A stretch of DNA of 64,000 nucleotides from contig JAGIQG010000021.1 of the NCBI GenBank assembly GCA_024679065.1, forward strand, positions 30,318,001-30,382,000, given 5' to 3'. A model generated the notes under the pieces. It was not told the DNA's origin, ran no database searches, and saw nothing but the letters and a program-made list of their open reading frames with translations. This document shows positions 12,920-25,230 of this stretch, piece by piece. The stretch is from Sphyrna mokarran (lineage: Eukaryota). Position 1 is the first letter of the stretch, and every line of letters begins with the position of its first letter. A program made the translations under genes and the position numbers.

Positions 12920-13450
12920 GAAACATAGAACACTACAGCACAGAAACAGGCCCTTTAGTTCTTCTTGGCTGTGCCGAATCATTCTTCTGCCTAGTCTCAC
13001 TGACCTACTCTTGGACCATATCTCTCCATGCTCCTCTCATCCATATACTTTCCAACATTTTCTTAAATGTTAAAAGTGAGTCCACATTCACCACTTTATC
13101 TAGCAGCTCGTTCCACACTCTCACCACTCGCTGTGTGAAGAAGGCCTGCCTAATATTCCCTTTAAATTTCCCCCCTTCATCTTTAATCCATATCCTCTAG
13201 TTTTTTTTAAATCCCCTAGCCTCAGTGGAAAAAGCCTGCTTGCATTAGTCTATCTATACTCATCATAATTTTATACTCCTCTATCAAACCTCCCCTCATT
13301 TTTCTATGCTCCAGTGAATAAAGTCTTAATCTATTCAACCTTTTCTGTAACTTAGTTTCTCAAGTCCCTGCAACATCCTTGTAAACCTTTTCTGTAGTCT
13401 TTCAATCTTATTAATATCCTTCCTATAATTAGGTGACCAAAACTGCACAG
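12920..13450 (-). mobile_element. CR1-type LINE 3' end
   Basis: catagaacactacagcacagaaacaggccc tail and RT C-terminal remnant. Confidence 0.75.
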
Positions 13451-13787
13451 AACGTTAAACTTTTTTCTATTTCTTAAGCAAATGTTTGTTGAATGCTTTC
13501 ATCCTCAGTGAGGTACTGGGCATGCAGTGATTCAGCTAAAAATCTAACAAGCAAACATCTGGGAAGTGATTAAGAATGCCTGGCAGAAGCTGAAGCCATT
13601 GAGAGTGTTTCAGATTTGACCCTCCCTTTCTTGGCCAGATAATTTGTTTAAACAGAATTATCAGGTTTCTAGATTCTGGGCTGTATTCAAAAACAAACAA
13701 AACAAAAATCAAACAAGGGTACTTTTTCAATAAGATAATGTCAGAATTTATGTTTGTTAGAAATCAGAAACTTTTACACAATCATAC

Positions 13788-13934
13788 CTGTATATAAATT
13801 TCTTCTGAATCGAAAAATTGTCAAGATGATTATTCCAACTGCAAGTGCTCCAACAATGACAAAGACAGCCGTGAGAACCTGAGTCTTTTTTTCTTCACTT
13901 TGCTGGTCAGTATTAGGTTCATCCAAGAGGGGAA
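13788..13934 (-). CDS. Gene B stalk + transmembrane exon
   Basis: Acceptor cttttcag, donor gtatga, 147 nt, phase 1-1. IPLLDEPNTDQQSEEKKTQ-VLTAVFVIVGALAVGIIILTIF-RFRRNLYT. Confidence 0.9.
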
Positions 13935-14222
13935 CTGAAAAGTTGGGTGGAAAAATTTAATTAATTGCAATCTCCAATTTCAACCTTTGCATGTATAATA
14001 ATGATGGTATTAATCATAAAGGGACATGAGTTGGAGTTGAACTGCACAGAGGGAAAGGATGGCAGCAGTTTAATAAGAAGCCACAAAACCTTCTCAAGAA
14101 AAGATGATTACAGGTGGTAAATTAGATTTTGTGGCATTGCACTCATCTTCAACACAAGAACAAAATCAATTCTTTAAGCACTTATTTTCTGACACTGTTT
14201 TGGATAAAAGCTATGAACGTAC

Positions 14223-14519
14223 TTGGAAAATGCTTTTTAACTTCATATTCACGTTCTTCCACGTTCCACACAGCACAAGTGTAATTGCCTTCCAAAGCAC
14301 TGTTTGCAACTATGATCGGAAGAGAACTGGTGATCTTGAACAGCCCCTGTGGGGTCTTTATATGATCTGTTTTAGCACGAGAGGTGAGGTTTGTTTTGTC
14401 ATAGACAAACCAGTGAATCTCAGAGAGTGGATAACCAGTTGTTTCACAGATGAGGTCTGTCATTTTCATCCTTCTTGTGACATTGGATGCCAACATCATT
14501 TTTGGCAAACTGTATGGAG
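14223..14519 (-). CDS. Gene B Ig C-type domain exon (PD-L1/PD-L2-like)
   Basis: Acceptor tgtttttag, donor gtacgt, 297 nt. APY...LICETTGYPLSEIHW...TPQGLFKITSSL...GNYTCAVWN. Confidence 0.92.
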
Positions 14520-14974
14520 CTAAAAACAAATTACACTTTTATTAATGTAATAAGAGAGAGGCACAGAAGAACATAAGAGCAGTTTCTCCACTTACTCCAT
14601 CAGCCAGCAATACACAACAACAATAATATGATAGCAGTAGGGATTTAATTTATTTACTTAAGGTGACATATGTGTAGGGGTGAAAAAAATACTTAATGGT
14701 TCAAATTTGGGATTTTGATCTGATTTCTGAATATGTGAATTCCAAACTGTTTAGAATACATAGCAAATATGAATGTGCATCAAATATGATTATCCTATTT
14801 ACAACGTGGCCATCCAAATTATTAATACACCTCCTCTAACTTCAGTGATTAAAGATGTTTCAAAGATATGAAAGATTTTCTAAAAATGCAAAACCATGAT
14901 TCCTTCTCTCAACATGACTCTTGTTATAATTTACTGTATGCCTCACACATGTCAAGCTTTTAGGTAAGTTTGAG

Positions 14975-15270
14975 TTTAAAGTTTATTCATTATTGTCACA
15001 AGTAGATTTACATTAAAACTGCAATGAAGTTACTGTGAAAATCCCCTGGTCGCCACATGCTGGCACCAGTTCTGGTACACTGAGGGAGAATTTAGTACAG
15101 CCAATGCACCTAACCAGCATGTCATCTGGATTGTGGGAGGAAACAGGATTGTGGGAGGAAACGCAGACACAGGGAGAATATGTAAACCCCACACAGACAG
15201 TGACCCAAGTCAGAAATTGAACCTGAATCTTGGCACTGTGAGACAGCAGTGTTAACCACCATGTCACCAT
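14975..15270 (-). mobile_element. HE1/V-type SINE in a gene B intron
   Basis: V core with a small internal duplication; tail aaagtttat. Confidence 0.8.
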
Positions 15271-15360
15271 GCTGCACCATGCAAACAAAATAGGAATTTG
15301 TTGCTAATTAAAGGCAACCAATAGAAGCAAAAATATCAGGAAAAGAATACTGTTACCCAC

Positions 15361-15687
15361 CTTTAACCTTCAGTGTGATGAACTTATTGTCATATCCAAC
15401 CCTTGTTTCCAAATAATAAATATAATTCCCTTCATCTGTCAGTTGTGTTTTCTGGATTAACAATGATACATCATTTGAATCCGGATGAATTATTATAATT
15501 CGATTATGAGGTTGTTTGGCACCAGCTTCCAAATGGAACATGGGTCTTGGTTTTCTATCTTTTTCAATTTTACTCAGTTGAATGCGAATATATGTTTGTA
15601 CTATTGATGATTTGATTGAGCATGTTAGTTTAGTGTCTTCATTTAATATTCCTGTCACTACATCCTCACAATCTAACGTCACAAAGC
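15361..15687 (-). CDS. Gene B atypical Ig V-domain exon
   Basis: Acceptor tttttcag, donor gtgggt, 327 nt, phase 1-1. SFVTLDC...LTC...DVSLLIQKTQLTDEGNYIYYLET...FITLKVK. Confidence 0.92.
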
Positions 15688-15777
15688 CTGAAAAACAAGA
15701 ATTTCCATTAGTTCACATTGCCTGAGTGATAATCGGTGTTCAATGAAGTATAAATTGAGTTACACTCCAGTACTTAC

Positions 15778-15844
15778 TCTGTGCAAAGGCTGGATTTGTG
15801 CATACGATGATATTAAGGAAAATTATTGCACAATGTAAACCCAT
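15778..15844 (-). CDS. Gene B signal-peptide exon (coding part; exon 15778-15862)
   Basis: MGLHCAIIFLNIIVCTNPAFAQ, donor gtaagt, 90-nt intron. Confidence 0.9.
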
Positions 15845-16199
15845 TACTGGAATTCAGTTCACCTGCTAATATGAAGATAATAGAGAAAAATCACTAAAAC
15901 ACAAGGTTGAGTTTGTTTCAGTGGATCATGTCTTGTTGAAAGCGGCAGACTAAACTTGCTTTGGTGGGCAATGGGACCCAGGCATGGAACATTTTGCTGG
16001 ACTATCCAGTTAACATCATTTGAGGATAGAGGCCTGATCCTTTCATTCCTTCCTTTCCACCATCCCCCACCCCATCTCCTGCCCTCCCCTCCCCCTGTCC
16101 CCTGCCCCCGCCCCCCCCCAAACCAATTCAAGACCTGGTAACTCAGCAGTGTAGGCAGTGCCACTAGTAGTAGTGGCTGTCTCTTGAAGAAGGGGGCAC

Positions 16200-16410
16200 T
16201 TCAATGCCAAAGATTCGTGAATGGAATTGGCTGCCGTCGGAGGTTGTTGAGGCAAACTCGCTGGGGTCTTTTAAAAGACTTCTGGATGAGTATATGGAAA
16301 CAAACAGGATAGGGGGCTATAGATAGGTCTGTGGATTGGTAGATGTGATCGGCGCAACTCGTGGGCCAAAGGGCCTGTTTGTGCTGTATTGTTCTATGTT
16401 CTATATTCTA
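16200..16410 (+). mobile_element. CR1-type LINE 3' end in gene B intron 1
   Basis: gggccaaagggcctgtttgtgctgtattgttctatgttct tail. Confidence 0.7.
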
Positions 16411-16824
16411 GATCAGCAAGCCCCAGCAATGAGAGGTAAACACAGCTGGGGGGGCTGGGGAAGGGGTGGGGGAGGTGGATTATTCCAGCAGCACCCTTTG
16501 GTGTGTGGAAAGCCATTTCCACTAAGTAGCCTTTACAAACCCCATTGAGCTCCCTTCAACTTTGTAACAGCCTCTCTACAGGAACTGGTTGGTAAAGTCT
16601 GATGATTTCCCCTTACAGCAGCAAGCAACCCCCTCCCCTCAGTGCTGATCAGGTGGGATTGGACCTGCCCCTTTCCTTCCCCTCCCCCACACAACATTCC
16701 CCCAAATGAGCACTCACCTTTTAACATCATATGAGTTCATGATTCCAATTGAAGTAATTGGATTGGCACTTCAGCAAAACAAGTGTGCAAGACAATGGCA
16801 ATAATGAGGTTAGTCTACAGATTG

Positions 16825-17112
16825 TTGGCTCAGTGGTTAGCGCTGCTGCTTTACAGTGCCAGGGACCCAGGTTCCATTCTGGCCTCAGGTCAGTGTCTGT
16901 GTGGAGTTTGCACATTCTCCCCATGTCTGCATGGGTTTCCTTCGGGTGCTCTGGTTTCTTCCCATGTTCCAACAATGTGCAGGATAAGTTGATTGGCCAT
17001 GCTGAATTGTCTTTTACTGTCAGGGGGATTAGCAGGATAAATATGTGGGTTTACTGGAATAGGGCCTGGGGAGGTATTGTTGGCCTCCTTCTACACGGTA
17101 GTGATTCTATGA
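16825..17112 (+). mobile_element. HE1/V-type SINE in gene B intron 1
   Basis: tRNA head, V core, gattctatgat tail. Confidence 0.8.
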
Positions 17113-17409
17113 TTTAGGGTCTTCGGTTGGCAATATGTTTTGCCAGCAGGATAGTGTCAGGCAGTGTCAGGCAGTCACTGTGTCAGTGTCAGTGTCAGAT
17201 AGTGTCAGGCAGCCAGTTCTCCTGCTGCTCCCCAACCCTCAGTAATCTAAATCAAATCTGATTCAGTTTGTCTGTGCATCGTAAGGTAGATTTCGACGGG
17301 AATTTAATGTCAGGGTTGAACTACTCAGATTCATAGCAGATAGTGGGGACGTGAGCTTTTACCAAATGTCAATGAAACAATTCTTAAGTTTCTGAAAGTC
17401 AAACTGTAC

Positions 17410-17660
17410 CTTTTGTATCCAACAATACGCAGACGTTCAACTTGTCCGGCACCAAACGGTGGTTCAAACTGACCCAAGAGAAATCACCATACAAAATCCC
17501 ACACTGACTGCGAGTGTCCCGGGGATCCGGACTCCGCTGGACTCGGAACCGAAAGCTGGGATCTGCAGGGAGAGAGTTGTGACAGCCGGCTCTCGATCTG
17601 TTGACCAATCTGCGAAAGTATTGACAACAAACGGCGAACAAAGGTTATCTCTGCAGTTCT
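17410..17660 (-). other. Gene B probable non-coding first exon; upstream boundary approximate
   Basis: CpG-rich, homologous to 871-1125, conserved donor AAAG|gtacag. Confidence 0.6.
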
Positions 17661-17749
17661 TCTACCGTCTTCCTTGTCTGTTGGAATTGAACCCAGCGAA
17701 GAGCTAGCTGAATCTCCCAGATTTTTTTTTTCTCTCTTCCTTGTTTCTT

Positions 17750-17772
17750 ACTTTCTGTTTCAATATGACTGA
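17750..17772 (-). promoter_or_regulatory. ISRE + AICE1-like composite element, gene B promoter
   Basis: actttctgtttcaatatgactga. An NF-kB-like gggaattcc lies at 18087-18095. Confidence 0.7.
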
Positions 17773-18354
17773 CTAACAGCAATTCGGGTTGGCAAATACC
17801 GAGTTTCAATCGCCAGAAAAAGGGGAACAAATTTATCTGAGCGGTCTGTTTTCACAGAACTTCCCCAGCAACACTGCTGTTGCGTAGACTTGCAACTGTC
17901 AAACGCTTCGTCTTTGCTATCCTTTCTCACAGACCATTTCAGGAAGTAATCGGAGCAAAGGAATGTGTGAAATCTAGCATTGGAAATTGAAAGTAGCTGG
18001 GAAAGGCCAGATTTGCTCTTCCAGCGTCTGCACGTATTTTCCCTTTGTTACTCTCTCCGGAAGATTAGCTCTGAAATATTGGCTAAGGGAATTCCAAATA
18101 ATTTATTTTTAGCTCTTTCTATTAATCCAAGTTTATATTGTCTCACCTCTCTTACAACAGAAACCCCCCCTCCCCAGTAGAATCTGGAGATGAACAACAC
18201 CAATTAAATCTATCTGCACTCTCAGATCTTAACGTGAACTTCCTGTTCTTTCCTCCTGCAAAAGTATACTTTATTCCTATAAAATCAGAAGGATACATTC
18301 CAAAACATTTCAAATTATTATTACAGTAAATAGCAATAGTTTTCACACTCCCTA

Positions 18355-18640
18355 AAAGTTTAAAGTTTATTTATTATTGTCACAAATAGGCTTGTATTAA
18401 CACTTGCGGTGAATTAACTGTGAAAATCTCAGCACATTTTCGGGAACACGGAGAGAACTTAGAGGCCAACGCACCTAACCAGCACATCTTTTAGATTGTA
18501 GGAGGAAACAGGAACACCCAGAGGAAACCCAAACAGACACAGGAAGAACATGAAGATTCTACACAGATAGTGATGTAAGCTGGAATCAAACCCAGGTTCT
18601 GAGCACTGTAAGGCAGCAGTGCTAACCCCTCTGTCATCAT
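18355..18640 (-). mobile_element. HE1/V-type SINE
   Basis: V core and tail. Confidence 0.75.
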
Positions 18641-18929
18641 GGGTTCAATATCAAATAAAATATTGATATTGTGCTGTATTGTTCTATGTTCTATATTCTA
18701 GATCAGCAAGCCCCAGCAATGAGAGGTAAACACAGCTGGGGGGGCTGGGGAACCTGATGTTGTGAGACTTCCCACCGTGCCACCCAGAGATCAAGATCTT
18801 CTCTGAAGTGCTTCAGTTCAGTAATGACAAAATTACAATCATTTCAATATTTTCACAATTCTGTTCAAACTATATACATCTGGCATGTTGCATTCTGATG
18901 TGCTGCAATATATTTGCATAGAATTTCAA

Positions 18930-20000
18930 ATTTCAAATTGAATCCATTTCATGGTCCCTATAAGGGAGACAAACAAGATCCAAGCTGAGAAGATAAGGCA
19001 TTGTATCCCGTCTCGGGTTTGATCTGACACTTGATTTTTTTTTTATATCTTTTGATACGTTATTCCCAATCAAAAATCCAATTTGGTCCAATCAGAGTCC
19101 GCACATGAGTGACAAGGAAGATCCAAGCTGACAAGACAAGATTTGATCAGGTAAGATCCAAGCTAACAGGATGAGGCATTACAATCACTCCAGGGCTGGA
19201 TCTGAGCTTCATCTTAGCCAAAAGGCCTAATAGATTTTTTTAAAAATTGCTTGCTGTGAAGCCTCTGTTTAACCTCACTGGCCAAGACCTGGTATTACAC
19301 TTTTTAGTTATATCCAATCAAAAGCCATATTGGTCTAATCAAAGTCTCACCAGTGAGACATTCCCAATCCTAGCTGACAAGACAGGCAATCCTCCTCCTG
19401 ACTTGGGCTTGATCTACATGATCCAAACTGAAAGGAGCAGGCATTGCACCCTCTCCAGTGTTTGATCTCATTTGCATCTTAGCCAAAAGGCCCAATGCCA
19501 TTTTTTAAAAAATTGTTTCAAATGAAGCCTCAGTGTTACCTCATTGACTTCTATCAAGTGCAGAACAGCAAAACTACATTTTTTTTTGTTATATCCAATA
19601 CAATACAATCAAAGTCCAAATCAAAATTTCAACAAGTGAGACATTCCAGATCCAAGCTGACCCCTGTCTTGGGTTTGGTCTACTTGATCCAAGCTGGTAG
19701 GGACAGGCATTGTACCCACTCCAAGGCTTGATCTCATTTGCATCTTAGTGAAAAGGCCGAGATGCCGCTTTTAAAAATTGCTTCAAATGAAGTCACAATG
19801 TAACCTTATGGCTTCAACCAAGTATAGTATATTGATACTACACTTTTGTTTATAAACCTAATTCAGTCCAATCAAGTCCAATTCAGAGTCTCATTAAGTG
19901 AGACATTTCCCATCCAAGGTGACATGACAAGGCTTTTGCTTCCTATCTTGGGCTTAATCTAGATGATCCAAGCTGGTAAGAAGAGGCATTGCAGCTCCTC
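18930..20000. repeat. Diverged tandem repeat, ~265-280 bp period, about 4 units; inverted single copy at ~7880-7990
   Basis: gatccaa(g/a)ct...aggcatt recurs at ~19155, 19420, 19686 and 19965; the first three units continue gatct...catcttag..aaaaggcc. Confidence 0.75.
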
Positions 20001-20009
20001 AAGTGACCA

Positions 20010-20582
20010 AAGAACAAAAAAAATTACAGCACAGGAACAGGCTGTTCAGCCCTCCAAGCCTGCAACGATCATGCTGCCCGACTTAACTAAAACTCTCTAC
20101 CTTTCTGGTGACTAGATCCCTTCATTCCCATCCTATTCATATACTTGTCAAGACGCCCCTTAACAGTCACTATTGTATCCGCTTCCACTAACTCCCCCAG
20201 CAACCAGCTCCATGCACCCATTATCTTTGTGTAAAAAACCCATCTCATACATCTCCTATAAACTTCGCACCTTAAACCTATGCCCCCTAATAATTGACTC
20301 TTCGTGTGGAGTTTGCATGTTCTCCTTGTGCCTGCAAGGGTTTCCTCCAGGTGTTCCGCTTTCCTCCCACAATACAACTATGTTCAGGTTAGGTGGATTG
20401 GCCATGTTAACTTGCTCCTTTGTGTCCCAAAATGTGTAGGTTAAATGAATTGGCCACAGTAAATGTGCAGGGTTACAAGGATAGGATAATGGAGAGGATT
20501 CTGGTTAGGATACTCTTGTCAGAAAGTCAATGCAAACTTGATGGGATGAGTGACCTCTTCTACACTATAGAGATTCTATGAT
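20010..20582. mobile_element. CR1 3' end (minus, to ~20300) abutting a 5'-truncated HE1/V-type SINE (plus)
   Basis: acagcacaggaacaggc tail followed by the gtgtggagtttgcatgttctcc V core. Confidence 0.7.
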
Positions 20583-20919
20583 AATAGGTTTAGTAAGGAA
20601 GAATGAACCAATTTGATAGTAACAGCACATCTTGCAAACACGGACCATAATATGGTTGAATATTTTTATTGTGGTTGAAAGAGAGAAGACTCCTGACCTC
20701 ACTTATAGTTACTTGAGGGTGTCCCTCACCTCCTAAACTTCATATAATCCAAAAGAACCTGCCCCCCCACCAATCTTCATATATTTACTATCAATGATGG
20801 AAAGCTGATTTCCCAGAAGCTTGAATGAAGAGCCCAGCAGAGTGTTAGCTTTCTTTGAGGTAATGTTCTGAGCCCTGTTCTTGTTCCGCTAGTGGAATAC
20901 CAATACAAACATGTATTGG

Positions 20920-21870
20920 TATCCCACACACAAGTTTCACCCACATAGACCGGCAGCCCATACACACAAATCTACACACATACACATATTTCTACACAGA
21001 ATTGCATCCCACACACATACACTTACCCCAAATATATACACTCCATGTGCACCCACAACCTACACCCCACACACACATATCCCCAAACAGATACATCTCA
21101 CACACAGACCTGCACCTCACACACATACACATACCCCTCCAAAAATACTGCACATGCATCCACATCTCACATGTATACACATAACTACAAACACATACAC
21201 TCCATATAGCCAGAGCCACACATATACACATACTCTCCCAAACATCTACACTCCACACATTTACACATGCTTACACACATCACATACATACACAAACCTG
21301 CACTTGTACACATATCCCTAAACTCCTGCACATTACAAACATACTGAGGGAGAATTTAGTATGACCAAAGATATGCTGGTTAAGTGCTTTGGCCATGCTA
21401 AATTCTCGCTTAGTGTACCCAAACAGGCACCAGAGTGTGACGACTAGAGGATTTTCACAGTAACTTCTTTGCAATGTCAATGTAAGCCTACTTGTGACGA
21501 ATAAATAAACTTTAAAACACCTGCCCCCACAGACACTTATACATAACCACACACACCCACACCCACACACATACACAGACCTGTATACGCCCGCACCTCA
21601 TACATATACCCTCACACACATATGCATGCACCCAACACATACCCCATACACCCACATTCCACAATTGTACAGCCCCCACAAATTCACATTCCACACACAT
21701 GCATCCCTTATTGGAACCCACACAAACCTACACCTCCTCCTCACATGCTCACACTGCACACACCCGCACCCCACATGCATGCATTCCCTGCATACTCGCA
21801 CTCACACCACACCCACTCCACAACACATATACTTGCACAGCATGCGTCTTCACATCCTCTACACAGCTGA
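20920..21870. repeat. Degenerate CA-rich simple repeat with an inserted, partly fold-back SINE fragment (21342-21515)
   Basis: (CA)n/(CACATA)n-rich; source of the many His/Thr and Cys/Val ORFs. Confidence 0.85.
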
Positions 21871-22099
21871 ACAGTAGATCAAACTAAATATAAAATATAA
21901 TCATATCATGATCACTGCCACCTAGGGCACCTTCATGATGGAGTAATTAATTAATTCTGTCACATCGCACATTACCCGATCTAGTACAGCCTGATCTCTG
22001 ACTGGTATTAGAATGTGCTACTTGAAGAAACTATCCCCAAAAGACTTAATGAACTTATCATCCAGGCTAGCTTGCCAATGTGATTTGTCCAGTGAATCA

Positions 22100-22620
22100 A
22101 TACGAACTTCTTGGAATCCATAATTAGAGAAGAATGACTGGACGCTTTGACATATATTTGTTGACTCAGCACAGATTATGAAGGATAAGTCATATCTGAC
22201 TAATTTAGACAGCTTTTTTAAGGAAGTCGCTGGACAATGAATAAGGAAGTGTCTCTGGATGGTTTACATGGACTTTCAGAAGGCACTTAATCCTTATACC
22301 AGGACAATGATAGTCAGACTGAAAGAGTGTGGAAGTATACACAGTCTTGTAGCATAGGTTAGTTATTAGTTAGAAGGCAAGAGATAAAGAGCCAGATTCT
22401 CTGTCCTGCTGCAGTGACTGGAGATTGAGTGTCAAACCTCCATTCTCACTGGCAGCAGAAGCAGGGTAGCAACGGCCAGAGAATTCCAGCCAAAATGTCA
22501 GTATGAAAGGAATGTATGTGTCATGAGTATTGGTGTACCCTAGTGATCTGTACTAGAACATCAACTTCGCACTATATAGATCTTGGATGAAGTAACTTGA
22601 ATAGAATATGAATTCCAGTG
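22100..22620 (+). mobile_element. Degenerate CR1 RT fragment with an embedded short fold-back MITE (~22390-22492)
   Basis: Remnants MDFQKA and SYLTNL; gccagattctct...agagaattccagc inverted ends. Confidence 0.55.
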
Positions 22621-23169
22621 AAGATGCCAATGTGGTGAGGGGTGATGAAAGAATAAAAAAACTCAATTTTCTCACAAATATTCATAATAAACACAACAAT
22701 TGGACTGAATATAAAAAGAAGGTCACTCCGCAAAGTTGTTCTTAGTGTTATGATGAAATCAGATGATAATTGTTGAGTAATTCCAATCCCAGAGGGATTT
22801 CTGGACCACAACGCTTTTCTTCTGTATTTTAAAAAAAATGGGAAGAAACTGTACTAATCTTAGCTGCAAAGAAGTCCAACAACCCTTTTGGATTTAAAAA
22901 TATTAAAACTAAATGACTTATTAGCAAGAACAAAATAAAACTTAAGCACATTTATAATCACAAAGTTAAAAATCATATAAAACATTCCCCAAAAGAACTA
23001 TAAGTAAACGCCTTCTCTTATACATTTTTAACTCGTCCAGGTATATTATCCAAGGCAGAACGGCTGCTACCTTCTTACAGCATATAACCTCACAAACTTG
23101 CCTCCACTCTGCCGTGGAAATTCAAGAAACTTCAAAAACAAGACAGCTTTGCAACCTAAGACTTCCCTA

Positions 23170-24400
23170 GCTTGACTCAGCTTGATGGCTGATTCGAACT
23201 TTGCATCTTCTGCCAAGGCCCAAAAATGGCCGCAATTGGGGCCATGCCTGAAATGGGCATGATGTCCAGTTAAATACATTCGCCTGTGTTTAACGTAACT
23301 TAATGGGCTGCACGTCCAACTTTCTCAGCACTTCCCCTTCTACTACTGCGTTTGCCCATCCAGAATCACCCCAAACCCGACGTGCTCCATAAAACTCCGA
23401 TTGAGGCACTCCAATTAGTGAGGAGTTAGGTGCCTAGCGTCTGACGGCTCTCTGTTTGAGGTCGATGGGGGGTTGGGAAGAGGGAGGTCTGCTGCCACAC
23501 TGCCTGAGATCAATGGGGAAAGTCTGCTGCCACTCTGTCTCACTGCAGTGAAGGGGAAGAGTGCCCATTGCTGCTTTGCCTGAGATCAGTGGGGGTAGGG
23601 GAGGTCCGCTGTCATTCCGCCTGAGATTAGTGGAGGTGAGAGGGGTCCGCTCTCAGTCTGTCTGTGACCGGTGCGGGGAGGGGAGTTCTGCTGCCACTCT
23701 ACCTGACATCAGTGGGAGGGAAGGAGAGGGGCCTGCTGCCAGTCTGCCTGAGATTAATGGAGGAGAAGGGATCCACGGCCACTCTGCCTGAGATCAGTGG
23801 GAGAAGGGAGTTCCGCTGCCACCCTGCCTGAGATCAGTGGAGGGGAAGGGGGTCCGCTGCCACTCTGGCTGAGGTTGATGGAAAGGAGAATGGGGGATCC
23901 ACTGCCAGTCTGCCTGTGATTAATGGGGGTGGGGAAGGGTGTCTACTGCTATTCTACCTGTGATCAGTGTGGGGGGGGGAGGATTGGTCTGCTGTCACTC
24001 TGCCTGAGGTCAATGGTGGAAGGGGGAGGAGGGGACGAGCTTGCGATCAGTCCACATGACATGGAGGAGGGGGGTGGTTAAGGGGACCAGTAATGTTGGA
24101 GGCGGGTGGTTGGGGCAATGGGAGCTATGGAGAAGCATTATCTGACCTGGGAGCTGAGGTTGGGGGGGTGGGGGGGCATATTCCACCATTTATCTCTGTG
24201 TATGTGCAGTTGGAGGGGCTGATCAGCGCTGCAGGATTTTGGCTGCATTAAGCCCCGCCCACAGGCTTCTACAGCACAATTTGGAATCGCTGATATATTT
24301 TTAAGACAGAGTGCTTATGGGGGTGCCTGAGAACAGGCCTAAAAGTCGGATCTGAAACACTACCAGTTTCGAGTCTTCCAACACTTAGAATGAAAATGGG
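23170..24400 (+). mobile_element. Unclassified repeat with an internal ~36-40 bp GC-rich tandem array; second copy at ~59540-60405
   Basis: Repeated ctgccactctgcctgagatcagtgg; shared 3' end cggatctgaaacact.ccagttt...cacttagaat. Confidence 0.7.
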
Positions 24401-24402
24401 AA

Positions 24403-24600
24403 GTGGCAATTTAGGATGGTCAATCCACAATAACCTGCACACCTTTGGACTGTGAAAGGTAACCGGAGCATCTGGAAGAAACCCATGCAGACACAAGGAG
24501 AATGTACAAATTCCACATGGACAGACAATCACACAAGGCCGGCGTTGAACTCTGGCATTGTGAGGCAACAGTGCTACTGACTATGTCAGCGCGCTACCCC
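24403..24600 (-). mobile_element. HE1/V-type SINE fragment
   Basis: V core. Confidence 0.7.
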
Positions 24601-25085
24601 TAAATAGGAATATGATGAATGTAGCTGTGGAACTTTGCAACCATTTCGTGAATCACCACATTTATTTTTGAGATTGGGACTCTACTACAATTCCAAGAAA
24701 TGTGAGTTGGCAAATAGCAAGAACTGCAGTTTCTATCAACTCCAGCTGCAGTGGTAGTCTGATTCTAACCAATTAGACCTCTTATTTCTTCAGTGTTCAC
24801 ACATCTCAAAAAAATCCAGGTCAGTTGGGGAAGCTGGAGCCAAAGCATAGAGCTCTTTGTTCAGTTAATTCACTTATTTGGTCTCACAGCTTTATCATCT
24901 TCAATATTCCAGTGATCCTTTATTTATGTGTGCTTGAAAACAATTACAACCCAATTGTATAATCAACACGATAGGAAACAAATTAATTAGCCATATAGAT
25001 TTGTTAATATATATTTTGAAAACATATTAATGCCTAGCAGATTACGGAAAATTTATTTCTAAGATCAATATCGTCCAGGTCTTCC

Positions 25086-25099
25086 TCATTCAGCATTCT
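25086..25099 (-). CDS. Gene C last coding exon (ENAE*)
   Basis: Acceptor ctttttttccaacag, TGA at 25088-25086, AATAAA candidates at 25052-25057 and 24919-24924. Confidence 0.7.
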
Positions 25100-25185
25100 C
25101 TGTTGGAAAAAAAGTTCAATAATGAAATGTAAAGTTACCACTTCTTATTGCAAATTATAAAATATATTCTAAGAGAGTTGCATAC

Positions 25186-25230
25186 CGATTAAGTTTGATG
25201 TTGCTGATTTGGATCGTGATCCCATGAACG
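25186..25230 (-). CDS. Gene C cytoplasmic exon (PFMGSRSKSATSNLI)
   Basis: Acceptor ttttcattttcactaaag, donor gtatgc, 45 nt, phase 1-1, 86-nt intron to the last exon. Confidence 0.72.

Noticed and set aside
14104-14523. 139-aa plus-strand ORF
   Set aside because: Shadow ORF antisense to gene B's C-domain exon.
20911-21887. Multiple His/Thr-rich or Cys/Val-rich ORFs (also 37497-37697, 38354-38625, 39199-39733)
   Set aside because: Translations of simple repeats and minisatellites.
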